A DNA stretch of 64,000 nt, taken from the NCBI GenBank assembly GCA_036170915.1, contig JAVHQC010000019.1:1-64000 (forward strand), written 5' to 3'. The notes beneath the pieces were generated by a model. The model saw nothing but the letters and a program-made list of their open reading frames with translations, was not told the DNA's origin and did no database searches. Below, piece after piece: positions 10,266 through 20,380 of the stretch. This stretch comes from Cyanobacteria bacterium auto_48_18. GTDB lineage: Bacteria; Cyanobacteriota; Vampirovibrionia; Obscuribacterales; Obscuribacteraceae. The translations under genes were made by a program, and so were the position numbers. Numbering within the stretch: the first letter of the stretch is position 1; the number at the start of each line of letters is the position of its first letter.

Positions 10266-11962
10266 TAAAATCTGGCAATTTTTCCGCTGGCATCAAGATC
10301 CATTACCACAGACGCCGGCCTTTTCGGCAGCCCCGGCATGGTCATAATTTCACCAGTGATAGCCACCACAAAACCGGCACCAGCCGACAAGCGCAACTGT
10401 CTAATATTGAGCTTAAAGCCGCTAGGCGCGCCTAGTAAAGTCGGGTCATCACTAAATGAATATTGAGTTTTAGCTACGCACACAGGCAAATTGCCATAAC
10501 CGTTTTTATCAAGCCACTTCAATTCTTTCAAAGCTTCGGAAGAAAATTCCACGCTGGCGGCACCATAGATTTTGCTGGCCACGGCATTTAGCTTTTCGGT
10601 TATTGGTGCATCAAGCTTATAAATTGGGCTGAAATTAGATTTTCCGTCGGCTTGTGCCACCACCAATTTTGCCAAATCTAGGGCACCATCGCCGCCTTGA
10701 GCCCAGACGTCTGCGGTTATTGCCTTGATACCCTTAGACTCACAAAGAGCGAGTACGTGAGCTATTTCGGCCGCACTATCACCAGTAAATTTATTGATGC
10801 AAACAACCGGCGGCACACCAAATTTACGCACATTTTCAATGTGTTTTTCGAGATTGACAAAGCCTTTTTCAACGGCAGCAACATTCTCAGAAGCCAGATC
10901 ACTTTCAGCTACACCGCCATGTAATTTCAGCGCTTTCACCGTAGCAACAATAACCACTGCATCTGGTGCCAGCTCGGGTCTCAGTGAAGCCACAATATCG
11001 CAAAACTTCTCAAGACCCAGATCAGCACCAAAGCCAGCTTCTGTAACCACATAATCACTGAGGCGCAGAGCCAAGAGCGAAGAGATAACACTAGATGTGC
11101 CATGAGCAATATTGGCAAAAGGGCCACCATGAACAAATGCCGGAGTGCCATCTAGTGTTTGCACCAGATTTGGTTTAATGGCATCTTTCAAAATAATGGT
11201 CATTGCCGCAGCCGCTTCCAACTGCTCTGCAGTAATCGGTGCTCCACTCGAAGATTTAGCTACGACAATGGCAGCAAGTCGACGGCGCAAATCAGCAATA
11301 GAATCGGCCAGGCAAAGTGTTGCCATCACTTCAGAAGCGGCAGTAATATCAAAACCGGTCTCGCGTACTATGCCGTTGGCTTTGCCACCAATACCCTGCA
11401 CCAGATCGCGCAGACTGCGGTCATTCATGTCGAGAGCACGACGAAAAGTAATGGCACGCTGATCAATAGCAAGCGGATTGCCAAAGTGAATGTGGTTGTC
11501 GATTAATGCGGCTAATAAATTGTTGGCCGCACCAATGGCGTGAAGGTCACCATTGAAATGTAAGTTGATATCGTCCATGGGCATGAGCTGAGAGTAACCA
11601 CCCCCGGTGCCTCCGCCTTTCTGGCCAAACACAGGGCCCATTGATGGCTCTCTTAAAGAAACCACAGCTCGCTTGCCAATTTTGCGCAGAGCCTGTGCCA
11701 GACCGACAGACGTTGTAGTTTTGCCCTCGCCGGCTTTAGTTGGTGTAATGGCAGATACTAAAATTAGCTTGCCGCGCTTTTTAGTCTTGTCAGCTAAAAT
11801 GCGTTCAATTGATTGATAAGCGATTTTGGCTTTGTATTTGCCATAAAGCTCAATGTCATCATCGCTTAACCCCAGGTCAGAAGCGACATCAACAATGGGT
11901 CTGAGCTTTGAACGGTTGGCGATTTCAATGTCAGTGAGATTGGTTTTTGTGGTGGCTGTCAT
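10262..11962 (-). CDS. fhs: formate--tetrahydrofolate ligase
   Basis: TPTKAGEGKTT, VHGGPFANIAHG, VTEAGFGADLG, CVAKTQYSFSD, MTMPGLP. Confidence 0.97.
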   Translation of the reverse strand: MTATTKTNLTDIEIANRSKLRPIVDVASDLGLSDDDIELYGKYKAKIAYQSIERILADKTKKRGKLILVSAITPTKAGEGKTTTSVGLAQALRKIGKRAVVSLREPSMGPVFGQKGGGTGGGYSQLMPMDDINLHFNGDLHAIGAANNLLAALIDNHIHFGNPLAIDQRAITFRRALDMNDRSLRDLVQGIGGKANGIVRETGFDITAASEVMATLCLADSIADLRRRLAAIVVAKSSSGAPITAEQLEAAAAMTIILKDAIKPNLVQTLDGTPAFVHGGPFANIAHGTSSVISSLLALRLSDYVVTEAGFGADLGLEKFCDIVASLRPELAPDAVVIVATVKALKLHGGVAESDLASENVAAVEKGFVNLEKHIENVRKFGVPPVVCINKFTGDSAAEIAHVLALCESKGIKAITADVWAQGGDGALDLAKLVVAQADGKSNFSPIYKLDAPITEKLNAVASKIYGAASVEFSSEALKELKWLDKNGYGNLPVCVAKTQYSFSDDPTLLGAPSGFKLNIRQLRLSAGAGFVVAITGEIMTMPGLPKRPASVVMDLDASGKIARFY

Positions 11963-13684
11963 TTAATGGCCCTTTTTGGCCTGTTCTTTTACTTTCTGTT
12001 TAGCCATTTCTTTGGCTCGCTTGGCTGCCAGTTCGGCTGCTTTTTCGGCAGCTTGCTTGGCGGCCTCGGCGCGTAAACGCTCTTCTTCTTTGAGCTCAAG
12101 ATAATAGTTGTAATTGCCGTGATAAACAACCAGTTGACCATCTCTAATTTCCACAATCTTAGTGGCAATCTGTGAGATGAAGTAACGGTCGTGCGAAATC
12201 ACTACTACTGTGCCGTCGAACTTCTTCAGGGCGTCTTCTAGAGTCTCTTTGGCAGGAATATCAAGGTGATTGGTGGGCTCGTCAAGAATGAGAAAATTGT
12301 TGGCACCAAGCAGCATTTTAGCCAGGGCGAGACGGGCTTTTTCGCCACCACTTAAACTCTCGACTTTTTTAAATACGGCATCACCACCAAAGAGAAATCG
12401 ACCAAGCAGGGCTCGCACTTCTTCATTTTTCCAGAGTGGCACTTCATCGGCGATGGTGGCAATAATGGTTTTATCAAGGTCCAGCGCTTCAGCCTGATTT
12501 TGTTCAAAATAGGCAGGCCGCACGTTGTGCTCACCTAATTTGACTGAGCCGCCATCTGGTTTTTCGCGACCGGTAATTAAACGCAAGAGAGTAGATTTAC
12601 CCGCACCATTAGGCCCGAGTACAGCGATGCGTTCGCCTCTTTCAATTTGCAAATTAGCATCGAGAAATAGAATATTGTCGTTATAACCGTGAGTAAGATC
12701 GCGAATAGTCACGATTTCTCGACCACTGCGAGCAGCGGCAGGGAAGTGGAAAACCAGGGTGCGTTCGCCGTCTTCGGGTCTTTCCACCAGTTCAATTTTG
12801 TCTAACTGTTTCTCTCTACTTTTTGCTTGAGTACTACGGGTAGCGCTGGCACGAAAACGGTCTACGAAGGTCTGCTGCCGCTCCAGTTCTTTCTGTTGAC
12901 GCTCAAAAGCGGCCATTTGCGCTTCACGATTAAGTTCTTTATTCGTCAAATAAGTAGAATAGTTACCCAGATAAGTATTGGCCTCACCTCTCTCCATCTC
13001 CACAATACTGGTGCAGAGCCGGTCTAAGAAGTGTCTATCGTGCGAAATAATCGCCATTGGTGTAGAAAGGTCTCGCAAAAACGTCTCAAGCCATTCGATG
13101 GTGCGCATGTCGATATGGTTGGTGGGCTCGTCCAGCAGCAATACGTCGGGTTTCTGCAACAGCACTTTGCCAAGGTTCATGCGCATTTGCCAGCCACCGC
13201 TGAATTCGCTGACCAGGCGGTCACCATCACCCTGGGCAAATCCCATTTCGGCCATCATTTTTTCAACTTTAGATTCCTGAGCGTATCCACCCTTGGCCTC
13301 ATACTCACGCTGAAGTAAATCCATTTTCTTTAACAGTTTATCTAGATCGGCACCTTGAGCGTGCTCGAGTTCATGATGCACCGCGGTCAGTGCATGATGA
13401 ATTGTGTTCAGTTCAACAAATGAGCTGGAGAACTCTTCACGCACAGTATTTGTAGGAGTAACTGCAAACTCCTGGTTTAAATATCCGACATGGAGACCGG
13501 CCTGGCGCAAAATCTGACCTGAAGTGGGCTCCTCTTCGCCTGCAATAATTTTGAACTGCGTCGATTTGCCGCTGCCGTTGGCCCCCACAAGGCCGATTCG
13601 ATCGCCTTGTTTGAGTTCCCAGGTAACGTCTTTCAGCACCTCTCCGGTGGGATAAATTTTGCTGATGTTTTCCAGTCTGAGCAT
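11963..13684 (-). CDS. ABC-F family ATPase
   Basis: Two ABC cassettes (GANGSGKST, FSGGW, LLLDEPTNH; GPNGAGKST, LSGGE), no TM segments; start placed at MLRLENISK (13684). Confidence 0.93.
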   Translation of the reverse strand: MLRLENISKIYPTGEVLKDVTWELKQGDRIGLVGANGSGKSTQFKIIAGEEEPTSGQILRQAGLHVGYLNQEFAVTPTNTVREEFSSSFVELNTIHHALTAVHHELEHAQGADLDKLLKKMDLLQREYEAKGGYAQESKVEKMMAEMGFAQGDGDRLVSEFSGGWQMRMNLGKVLLQKPDVLLLDEPTNHIDMRTIEWLETFLRDLSTPMAIISHDRHFLDRLCTSIVEMERGEANTYLGNYSTYLTNKELNREAQMAAFERQQKELERQQTFVDRFRASATRSTQAKSREKQLDKIELVERPEDGERTLVFHFPAAARSGREIVTIRDLTHGYNDNILFLDANLQIERGERIAVLGPNGAGKSTLLRLITGREKPDGGSVKLGEHNVRPAYFEQNQAEALDLDKTIIATIADEVPLWKNEEVRALLGRFLFGGDAVFKKVESLSGGEKARLALAKMLLGANNFLILDEPTNHLDIPAKETLEDALKKFDGTVVVISHDRYFISQIATKIVEIRDGQLVVYHGNYNYYLELKEEERLRAEAAKQAAEKAAELAAKRAKEMAKQKVKEQAKKGH

Positions 13685-13937
13685 GATAATTCGAGATACC
13701 GCGATGAAGTAGAAACAAGTCAGGGCAATACTACAGATTCTAACACTTGGCAAGCCCTTGTCAGAAGGAAATAATATTAGGTAAAAGACTATACGTCTAC
13801 GTAATAGAGCTAATCTCAAGAGCTAAATTAGAGGATGATTGAACTAAAACAGCTCGTCAAGCCCTTTTATGAGAACAAGCCAAAGAGTAACTTTGACTAC
13901 AAGACGGTTTACACTAGAACCAAACCAGCTGAACGCC

Positions 13938-15152
13938 ATGACAAATAAAGACCAAAATCACACATCACTTAGCATTAACGACCGCCAGGCTCTGATTAAA
14001 GGGGCGCGCCGCATCGTCATCAAACTGGGCACCGCTGTGCTAATGAAAGACGAAGGTGGCATTGCCCTAAGCCGCTTCTATTCATTTGTCGAAGCTATCG
14101 CTGCACTCGTTAAGTCAGGCAAAGAAGTACTGCTGGTCACGTCTGGCGCGATCGGCCTGGGTTCGCGTACCCTTGGCTTGACTGCCAAACCTAAGCTCTT
14201 ACCCCTTAAGCAAGCCTGCGCCGCAGTGGGCCAGGGCCGGTTAATGGCCCTCTACTCAGACGCCTTTGAAAAGTGTGATGTGGTTGCCGCCCAAGTTTTA
14301 TTGACTGAAGAAGATTTTTCCAATCGCAAACGTTACTTAAATTTGCGCAGCACCATTACGCAACTTTTAGAGTTGCATGTCTTGCCGGTGATTAACGAAA
14401 ACGACACAGTTTCTACAGCTGAGCTGGAGATGCTTAAGTCTGATCAAAAGGGCGAAGTAGACATCAAAGTCAATTTTGGCGACAACGATAAATTATCAGC
14501 TCTGGTGGCAAGCAAAATCGACGCTGACTTACTAATAATTTTGACAGACGTAGAAGGTCTGTACACGGCAGATCCGCGCTCTGGCCCTGAAGCTAAACTA
14601 ATATCTGTAGTCGAGCAATTTACACCCGAAATTGATCAATTGGCAGAGTCAAAAGTTGCCGGTGATAAACCCGGACGCGGTGGTATCAAAACAAAACTGG
14701 CGGCCGCCCGCATCGCCACCCAAAGTGGCTGTGCCGCCATAATTGCCAGCGGCAAAAGCGACAATATAATTGCCCGCATTTTTGCCGGCGAAGATCTAGG
14801 CACGTTGTTTCTTGCACATGGTGGGCTTTCCGGCAAACAAAAATGGATTGCTTTTGCCACCACCGTCAAGGCCACGCTAGTGGTTAATGAAGGGGCTAAA
14901 GTAGCGCTTAAAAACGGCAAAGCAAGCCTGCTGCCAGCTGGAGTAGTTGAGGTCAAAGGGAACTTCGAGCGCGGTGACGTAGTCAGCGTTGCAGCCGGAG
15001 ACGGCCATGAATTTGCCCGGGGCATCGTCAATTATTCGAGCGAAGAAGCGAGACTAGTTTCAGGGCACCACTCGAATACATTGAACGAACTAAAAGAAAG
15101 TCGCAACTATGACGCTTTAATTACCCGTGACAATATCGCGTTTTTAGAATAA
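13938..15152 (+). CDS. proB: glutamate 5-kinase with C-terminal PUA domain
   Basis: IVIKLG, VTSGAI, AAVGQ, INEND, FGDNDKLS, SLLPAGV. Confidence 0.95.
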   Translation: MTNKDQNHTSLSINDRQALIKGARRIVIKLGTAVLMKDEGGIALSRFYSFVEAIAALVKSGKEVLLVTSGAIGLGSRTLGLTAKPKLLPLKQACAAVGQGRLMALYSDAFEKCDVVAAQVLLTEEDFSNRKRYLNLRSTITQLLELHVLPVINENDTVSTAELEMLKSDQKGEVDIKVNFGDNDKLSALVASKIDADLLIILTDVEGLYTADPRSGPEAKLISVVEQFTPEIDQLAESKVAGDKPGRGGIKTKLAAARIATQSGCAAIIASGKSDNIIARIFAGEDLGTLFLAHGGLSGKQKWIAFATTVKATLVVNEGAKVALKNGKASLLPAGVVEVKGNFERGDVVSVAAGDGHEFARGIVNYSSEEARLVSGHHSNTLNELKESRNYDALITRDNIAFLE

Positions 15153-15167
15153 GTAAAGCAACTACAA

Positions 15168-16478
15168 ATGACAGCATCAAACAAAACCAAAAATGTAATT
15201 GCTCTGGCTAAACTGGCAGCTTTGGCTGCTCCGGCCCTTAGCGCCACCAGCCTGGCAGTGCGAAATCAGGCCATTGAAAATTTTGCCCAAATTATAAATC
15301 AAAGACGCAAAGAGATTTTAGCCGCCAATCAAATTGACGCTCAAGGCCAAGATGCTGCTGAATTTAAAGCTGGCCGCAAGTCAATCGATAATAGCAAAAT
15401 CGATGCGATCATCACCGGATGCCGGACACTAATCGCCATGAGCGATCCGTTGGGCCAGGTCGACTATGGCAATGAGCTGGACAGCGATTTATCTCTCTAT
15501 CGAGTCAGCTGCCCTATTGGTGTAATTGGTGTTATTTTCGAGGCCCGCCCTGATGTTCTACCTCAAATCGCGGCCCTGGCGTTAAAGTCAGGCAATGTGA
15601 TTTTGCTAAAAGGGGGGCAAGAGGTTGAAGCCACCAACAAACTACTTTTTGAATGTCTGCAAGAAGCATTAAAGCAAAGTGCCTTGCCTGCTGAATGTGC
15701 CACTCTTTTAGAATCAAGAGCGGAAGTAGCCACCTTGCTGCAGGCTCACAAATTTGTAGATCTGATTATTCCACGTGGCTCCAACGCGCTAGTCTCGTAT
15801 ATACAGGCAAACACAAAAATTCCAGTGTTGGGACACGCCGAAGGCATTTGCCACGTATATATCCACAATAGCGCCAATATGAACAAAGCACTGCGGGTGG
15901 TGATAGACGCAAAAGTCGATTATCCAGAAGCCTGCAATACTATTGAGACTCTGCTGCTCGATAAAGCATTGCCCACCGACCGCATGGTGGCAATACTCAC
16001 GGCCTTAGCGGGAAAACATGTAAAGCTTCGGCTTGACAGCAACTTAGCGCCACTGGCTCAGTGGAGCGGAATTGATTTTGAAATGGCAGAAGAAAAAGAT
16101 TGGTTGACCGAATACGGCACCCTCTGTCTGTCTGCCAAAATTGTAGATAACATAGACGCAGCTATTCTGCACATCAATGAATTTGGTTCGGGACACACAG
16201 ACGCCATTATTTGCGAAGATACTGAGACCTGGAACAAATTTTTCAATGGTGTCAAATCAGCTGGTGTTTATCACAACGCTTCTACAAGATTTGCCGATGG
16301 TTTCCGCTATGGATTCGGCGCTGAAGTAGGCATCAGCACAGGCAGGTTGCCCCCTCGCGGACCAGTAGGGCTGCAAGGATTGATTACATATAAATACAAG
16401 TTAGAAGGCAATGGTCATATAGTTTCTGACTATCATGGCGCAGGCGCAAAAACGTTTACCCACAGGAATTTGTTATGA
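15168..16478 (+). CDS. proA: gamma-glutamyl phosphate reductase
   Basis: PIGVIGVIFEARP, IPRGS, ACNTIETLL, NASTRFADG, GAEVGIST, RGPVGL. Confidence 0.95.
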   Translation: MTASNKTKNVIALAKLAALAAPALSATSLAVRNQAIENFAQIINQRRKEILAANQIDAQGQDAAEFKAGRKSIDNSKIDAIITGCRTLIAMSDPLGQVDYGNELDSDLSLYRVSCPIGVIGVIFEARPDVLPQIAALALKSGNVILLKGGQEVEATNKLLFECLQEALKQSALPAECATLLESRAEVATLLQAHKFVDLIIPRGSNALVSYIQANTKIPVLGHAEGICHVYIHNSANMNKALRVVIDAKVDYPEACNTIETLLLDKALPTDRMVAILTALAGKHVKLRLDSNLAPLAQWSGIDFEMAEEKDWLTEYGTLCLSAKIVDNIDAAILHINEFGSGHTDAIICEDTETWNKFFNGVKSAGVYHNASTRFADGFRYGFGAEVGISTGRLPPRGPVGLQGLITYKYKLEGNGHIVSDYHGAGAKTFTHRNLL

Positions 16479-19345
16479 CCACAGACAGCGCTGAACCTTT
16501 GCTCGGCCGAATTAAACCACTGCGTGATGATGTGCGCATGCTCGGTTTTATTTTGGGTGATACCATCAAAAGATTTGAAGGCGAGCAGGTCTTCGAATAT
16601 GTCGAGCAGTTTCGCAGTCTCTTTAAATCAATGCACCGGCAAAAAAATCAAGGCGGCGAAAGTAATATCGAGAGCGGTGATCGCGCAAAACTTGATCAAC
16701 TAATTAAATCACTTGATCTTGAGACTGCCACCAAAGTAATCAAAGCATTCCTTACCTATTTCGATATCATCAACATTGCCGAGCAAAATCACAGGCTGAG
16801 ACGCAGAGCCCAGCATGACAGCAGCGGAGAACGCCAGTTTGAAGATGACTCTCTGGCACAACTCTTTAGCCTGGTTGAAGCGCAGGATCAAATGCCGGCA
16901 GACCAGTTGCTGAAAGTGCTTGATAATCTCAATATAGAAATTGTCTTCACCGCTCATCCAACAGAAATTACCAGACGCACAGTAATGCTCAAGCAGCTGG
17001 AGCTGGCACAACTGCTCTACAAAAAAGATCACCCGCCATTTTCCAGGCATGAGGCTCAGGCCATGGAAGAACGTCTAAGGTCAGTTGTAGAGTCACTCTG
17101 GCTCACTGACCATGTTATTTATTTTAAGCCTTCGGTGAACGACGAAGTGCGTTATGGTGTCTACCACTTTGAACACGTAGTTATAGGCGCGGTGGTTGAC
17201 GTGCATCAGGCACTGGCAGAAAAGTGTCGGCTTCTGGAGAACGCCACCAAACAGAAAGAAAAAACCGAACGCAATTTCATTACTTTCGGATCATGGATAG
17301 GCGGCGATCGTGACGGCAACCCTTTTGTCACCACAGAAGTGACGGCCCATACACTTACTTATCACCGCAGCGTCATTCTCAGCCGTTATTTGAAAGAGCT
17401 AGAGACCCTTTTTAATGAACTCAGTCAATCATCAAATTGGACAGTATTGTCAAAAGAGCTTACCGATTCTCTGGCTGCTGACGCTGTGGCACTACCAGCA
17501 GTGACACAACAGTTTGCCGAAAGATATTATCTAGAACCTTATCGTCTCAAACTTTTGTACATTCGAGAAAAATTGCGCAACACTCTATCTGGTGCCGAAG
17601 CCGGTTATAGTGATGCTACTGCCTTTAGAGCCGATCTAAGTTGCATGGCTGACAGCTTACTCAAATCCGGATGCCAGGCCAGTTTATTGAACCTGCAAAG
17701 ACTGATAGCAACTGTGGATATTTTCGGTTTTCATCTGGCTAAGCTTGATTTGCGACAGCACAGCAATCGCCATCGTCAGGCACTCGATGAAATTACTAAA
17801 AGCCAGGAAATTATTAGTGAGGGCTATTTAAGTTTAGACGAAGCTGAAAAAATGAAGTGGCTGACCGCTGAGTTGCAGACTAAAAGGCCATTAATTCCGG
17901 GAGTTTTGCCCTTCAGCGAAGCCACTAATGAAACTATCGAAGTCTTTCGCACCATGGCCGAAAGCCAAGATCTGTACGGCACTCGCGCCCTCGATACTTA
18001 CATCGTCAGCATGACCGAACACTCGTCAGATTTGCTGTCGATTTTACTTTTTGCCAAAGAAGCGGGCATCTGGTCTCATGACGCCGCAGTAAACAAAAGA
18101 AAAATTTGTATTGTGCCTCTATTTGAAACCATTGAAGATTTGCGCCGCGCACCACAGATGTTTGAAGAGTTGCTGAGCAATGTGGTCTACCGAAAATATC
18201 TGGCAGAACTGGGTGATTTGCAAGAAATTATGATTGGTTACTCTGATAGCGGCAAAAACGGCGGCATCGTCACCGCCAACTGGGAGCTGTACAAAGTACA
18301 GAAAAAGCTAGTTACTTTCGCCCATAATAATAAAATTGAGTTGCGGCTTTTCCATGGTCGCGGCGGTTCCATAGGTCGAGGCGGCGGTCCGACTCACCAG
18401 GCCATACTGGCTCAGCCACCAGGAACGGTGGCAGGGCGCATTAAACTGACTGAACAGGGTGAAGTGATTTCATCTAAATATGCTCTGCACGATATCGCCG
18501 TGAGAAATTTCGATCGTTTGGCTGCCGCGGTTTTACAAGCTACCATCGCTCAACCGAGCATTCTGGCAGAAAGCGAGCCCGCCGACTGGTGGAACTTTAT
18601 GGAAAAGCTGGCGCTTTCGGCTTTCCAATCGTACCGCTCACTTGTTTATGAAGATACTGAATTCGTCGAGTTTTTCACTCAGAGCACTCCCATCGGCGAG
18701 CTATCAAAATTACGTATGGGCTCAAGGCCAACAAGACGTAACGCAGGGTCTGGTTCGATAGACGATCTCAGAGCCATTCCCTGGGTCTTCGCCTGGACCC
18801 AGAGCCGTTACATGCTGCCTGCGTGGTACGGTTTCGGCAGCGCCTTCAAAGCTTGCACCGCAGATGGTGCCGACTTAAGCATGGCCCGAGAAATGTACGA
18901 GAAGTGGCCTTTCTTCCGCGGCCTGGTGAGCAAGCTTGAGAACGCACTGGCAGTAGCCGATATGGATATCGCCGGGTACTATGCCAACAACCTGGTAGAC
19001 AAGCATTTGCGAGACAAATTTTTCACTCGCATTCTCTCTGAGTTTGAAGAAACAAAAAAAGCAGTGCTCAGCGTTTCTCAACATCAAAACTTGTTGCAAG
19101 ACGTACCTTACCTCAAGCATTCAATTGCCATTCGCAATCCGTATGTGGATCCGCTCAGTTACTTACAGGTAAAATTGATTGAACAGCTGCGCCAGCGTGA
19201 GCGTGAACAATCCGTAGAAGCTGACAAGCCGCCTGTGGATGCCGGCCCAACTAGCCAAAGCTCTACACCCATGCCTGATCGCCTGCTCGAGACGGTGCTC
19301 ATGACCATCAACGGAGTGGCCGAAGGTTTGCAGAATACGGGTTAG
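16475..19345 (+). CDS. ppc: phosphoenolpyruvate carboxylase
   Basis: FTAHPT, SWIGGDRDGNP, MIGYSDSGK, FHGRGGSIGRGGG, LRAIPWVFAW, C-terminal NTG. Confidence 0.97.
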   Translation: MTTDSAEPLLGRIKPLRDDVRMLGFILGDTIKRFEGEQVFEYVEQFRSLFKSMHRQKNQGGESNIESGDRAKLDQLIKSLDLETATKVIKAFLTYFDIINIAEQNHRLRRRAQHDSSGERQFEDDSLAQLFSLVEAQDQMPADQLLKVLDNLNIEIVFTAHPTEITRRTVMLKQLELAQLLYKKDHPPFSRHEAQAMEERLRSVVESLWLTDHVIYFKPSVNDEVRYGVYHFEHVVIGAVVDVHQALAEKCRLLENATKQKEKTERNFITFGSWIGGDRDGNPFVTTEVTAHTLTYHRSVILSRYLKELETLFNELSQSSNWTVLSKELTDSLAADAVALPAVTQQFAERYYLEPYRLKLLYIREKLRNTLSGAEAGYSDATAFRADLSCMADSLLKSGCQASLLNLQRLIATVDIFGFHLAKLDLRQHSNRHRQALDEITKSQEIISEGYLSLDEAEKMKWLTAELQTKRPLIPGVLPFSEATNETIEVFRTMAESQDLYGTRALDTYIVSMTEHSSDLLSILLFAKEAGIWSHDAAVNKRKICIVPLFETIEDLRRAPQMFEELLSNVVYRKYLAELGDLQEIMIGYSDSGKNGGIVTANWELYKVQKKLVTFAHNNKIELRLFHGRGGSIGRGGGPTHQAILAQPPGTVAGRIKLTEQGEVISSKYALHDIAVRNFDRLAAAVLQATIAQPSILAESEPADWWNFMEKLALSAFQSYRSLVYEDTEFVEFFTQSTPIGELSKLRMGSRPTRRNAGSGSIDDLRAIPWVFAWTQSRYMLPAWYGFGSAFKACTADGADLSMAREMYEKWPFFRGLVSKLENALAVADMDIAGYYANNLVDKHLRDKFFTRILSEFEETKKAVLSVSQHQNLLQDVPYLKHSIAIRNPYVDPLSYLQVKLIEQLRQREREQSVEADKPPVDAGPTSQSSTPMPDRLLETVLMTINGVAEGLQNTG

Positions 19346-19470
19346 TCCCTGGTCAATTCTTAAATTGCAGAAAATTTGCCAGAAAGTGGCAAATAAATTG
19401 AACTTTTTCGATGGCGGTTACGTATTCATATATATATAGGTTATCGGTTCAGCGAAAAAAGAGGCTTGAT

Positions 19471-19998
19471 ATGAAATTGCCCGGATTACTAATGGTTGCG
19501 CTATTAATTCAGGTGCCGGTCTTCGCTCAAGATGGGCCAAACCTTGGTCAGTTTCAGGCTCCGAACTCGGTCAGCGACCAGTTCCCAAACCCAGCCCCTA
19601 ATATTGCGCCTCAGCCAGGTGACATGAATCAGGCAGGCCAGGGCATGAGACAAGGGCGCCGAGGCCGTGGCCAGGGTATGGGACGGGGCGGCGGAATGGG
19701 CCGCAGGGGCATGAACGGCGGCAGCATGGGCGGCAACGGTGCCAACCGCGAACAAATGAAGCAAAAGATAATGCAGCGTTTTGATACCAATGGCGACGGT
19801 CAACTCGACGCCGGCGAACGGGACCAATTGCGCCAAATGCGAGAGCAGCGTCGACAGGCCAAAGCCGCAGGTGGCGGTCAAATGGGAAGGGGTCAAGGTC
19901 GAATGGGTGGCCGACGTCGTCAAAATATGGGCCAGCCTAATTTAGATGGCGGCAATCCGCTTAACGCACCCATGCCTGGAGGCACTGGCCAGCCTTAA
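19471..19998 (+). CDS. exported Gly/Arg/Met-rich protein with one EF-hand
   Basis: Signal peptide (MKLPG...VFAQ), EF-hand loop DTNGDGQLDAGE, low-complexity RG/MG flanks; GAGG upstream of ATG 19471. Confidence 0.75.
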   Translation: MKLPGLLMVALLIQVPVFAQDGPNLGQFQAPNSVSDQFPNPAPNIAPQPGDMNQAGQGMRQGRRGRGQGMGRGGGMGRRGMNGGSMGGNGANREQMKQKIMQRFDTNGDGQLDAGERDQLRQMREQRRQAKAAGGGQMGRGQGRMGGRRRQNMGQPNLDGGNPLNAPMPGGTGQP

Positions 19999-20000
19999 CT

Positions 20001-20348
20001 ATGCAACAAAGATTTGCCGCTCTCAAACGAGCAATCGCTGCCACTTCCGCTTCGGGCAATCAATCAATTGCCCGGGGCGACTACGCATCTGCCGAGAAAC
20101 TTTTCAACAAAGCTCTGCAAGACTGGCGCTCAGGTGGTGGAGCTAAAGGGGAAGAAGGCGATCTAATTTTGCAGTTGGGCAAATGCTATGTGGCCCAACG
20201 AAAGTACGAACAGGCTTATGAACTTTATATGCAGGCACTTAATTATCTGACCGGCGCGCCTTACGATGAAGTCTATGCCAGCTTTCTCTATCTAAATGAA
20301 CGTATGGGTACGTTCACTAAAAAAGAACCGCCCCTTAGTCCGTTCTAA
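20001..20348 (+). CDS. small TPR-like protein
   Basis: GDYASAEKLFNKAL and LGKCYVAQRKYEQAYELYMQAL TPR-like helices. Confidence 0.7.
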   Translation: MQQRFAALKRAIAATSASGNQSIARGDYASAEKLFNKALQDWRSGGGAKGEEGDLILQLGKCYVAQRKYEQAYELYMQALNYLTGAPYDEVYASFLYLNERMGTFTKKEPPLSPF

Positions 20349-20358
20349 ATTGGAAAAG

Positions 20359-20380
20359 TGGAAAATTAGTCAATTTTCCA
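20359..20380. terminator. hairpin between convergent genes
   Basis: TGGAAAATT-AGTC-AATTTTCCA perfect 9-bp inverted repeat, AT-rich so weak. Confidence 0.4.

Noticed and set aside
11940..11990. ZTP or THF riboswitch upstream of fhs
   Set aside because: There is no leader, because the upstream stop abuts the start; the pur operon leader lies outside the window.
11963..13684. ABC-F genes (also 54100-55707) as antibiotic-resistance ABC-Fs
   Set aside because: They look like housekeeping subfamilies in a core-gene context; resistance cannot be supported from sequence alone.
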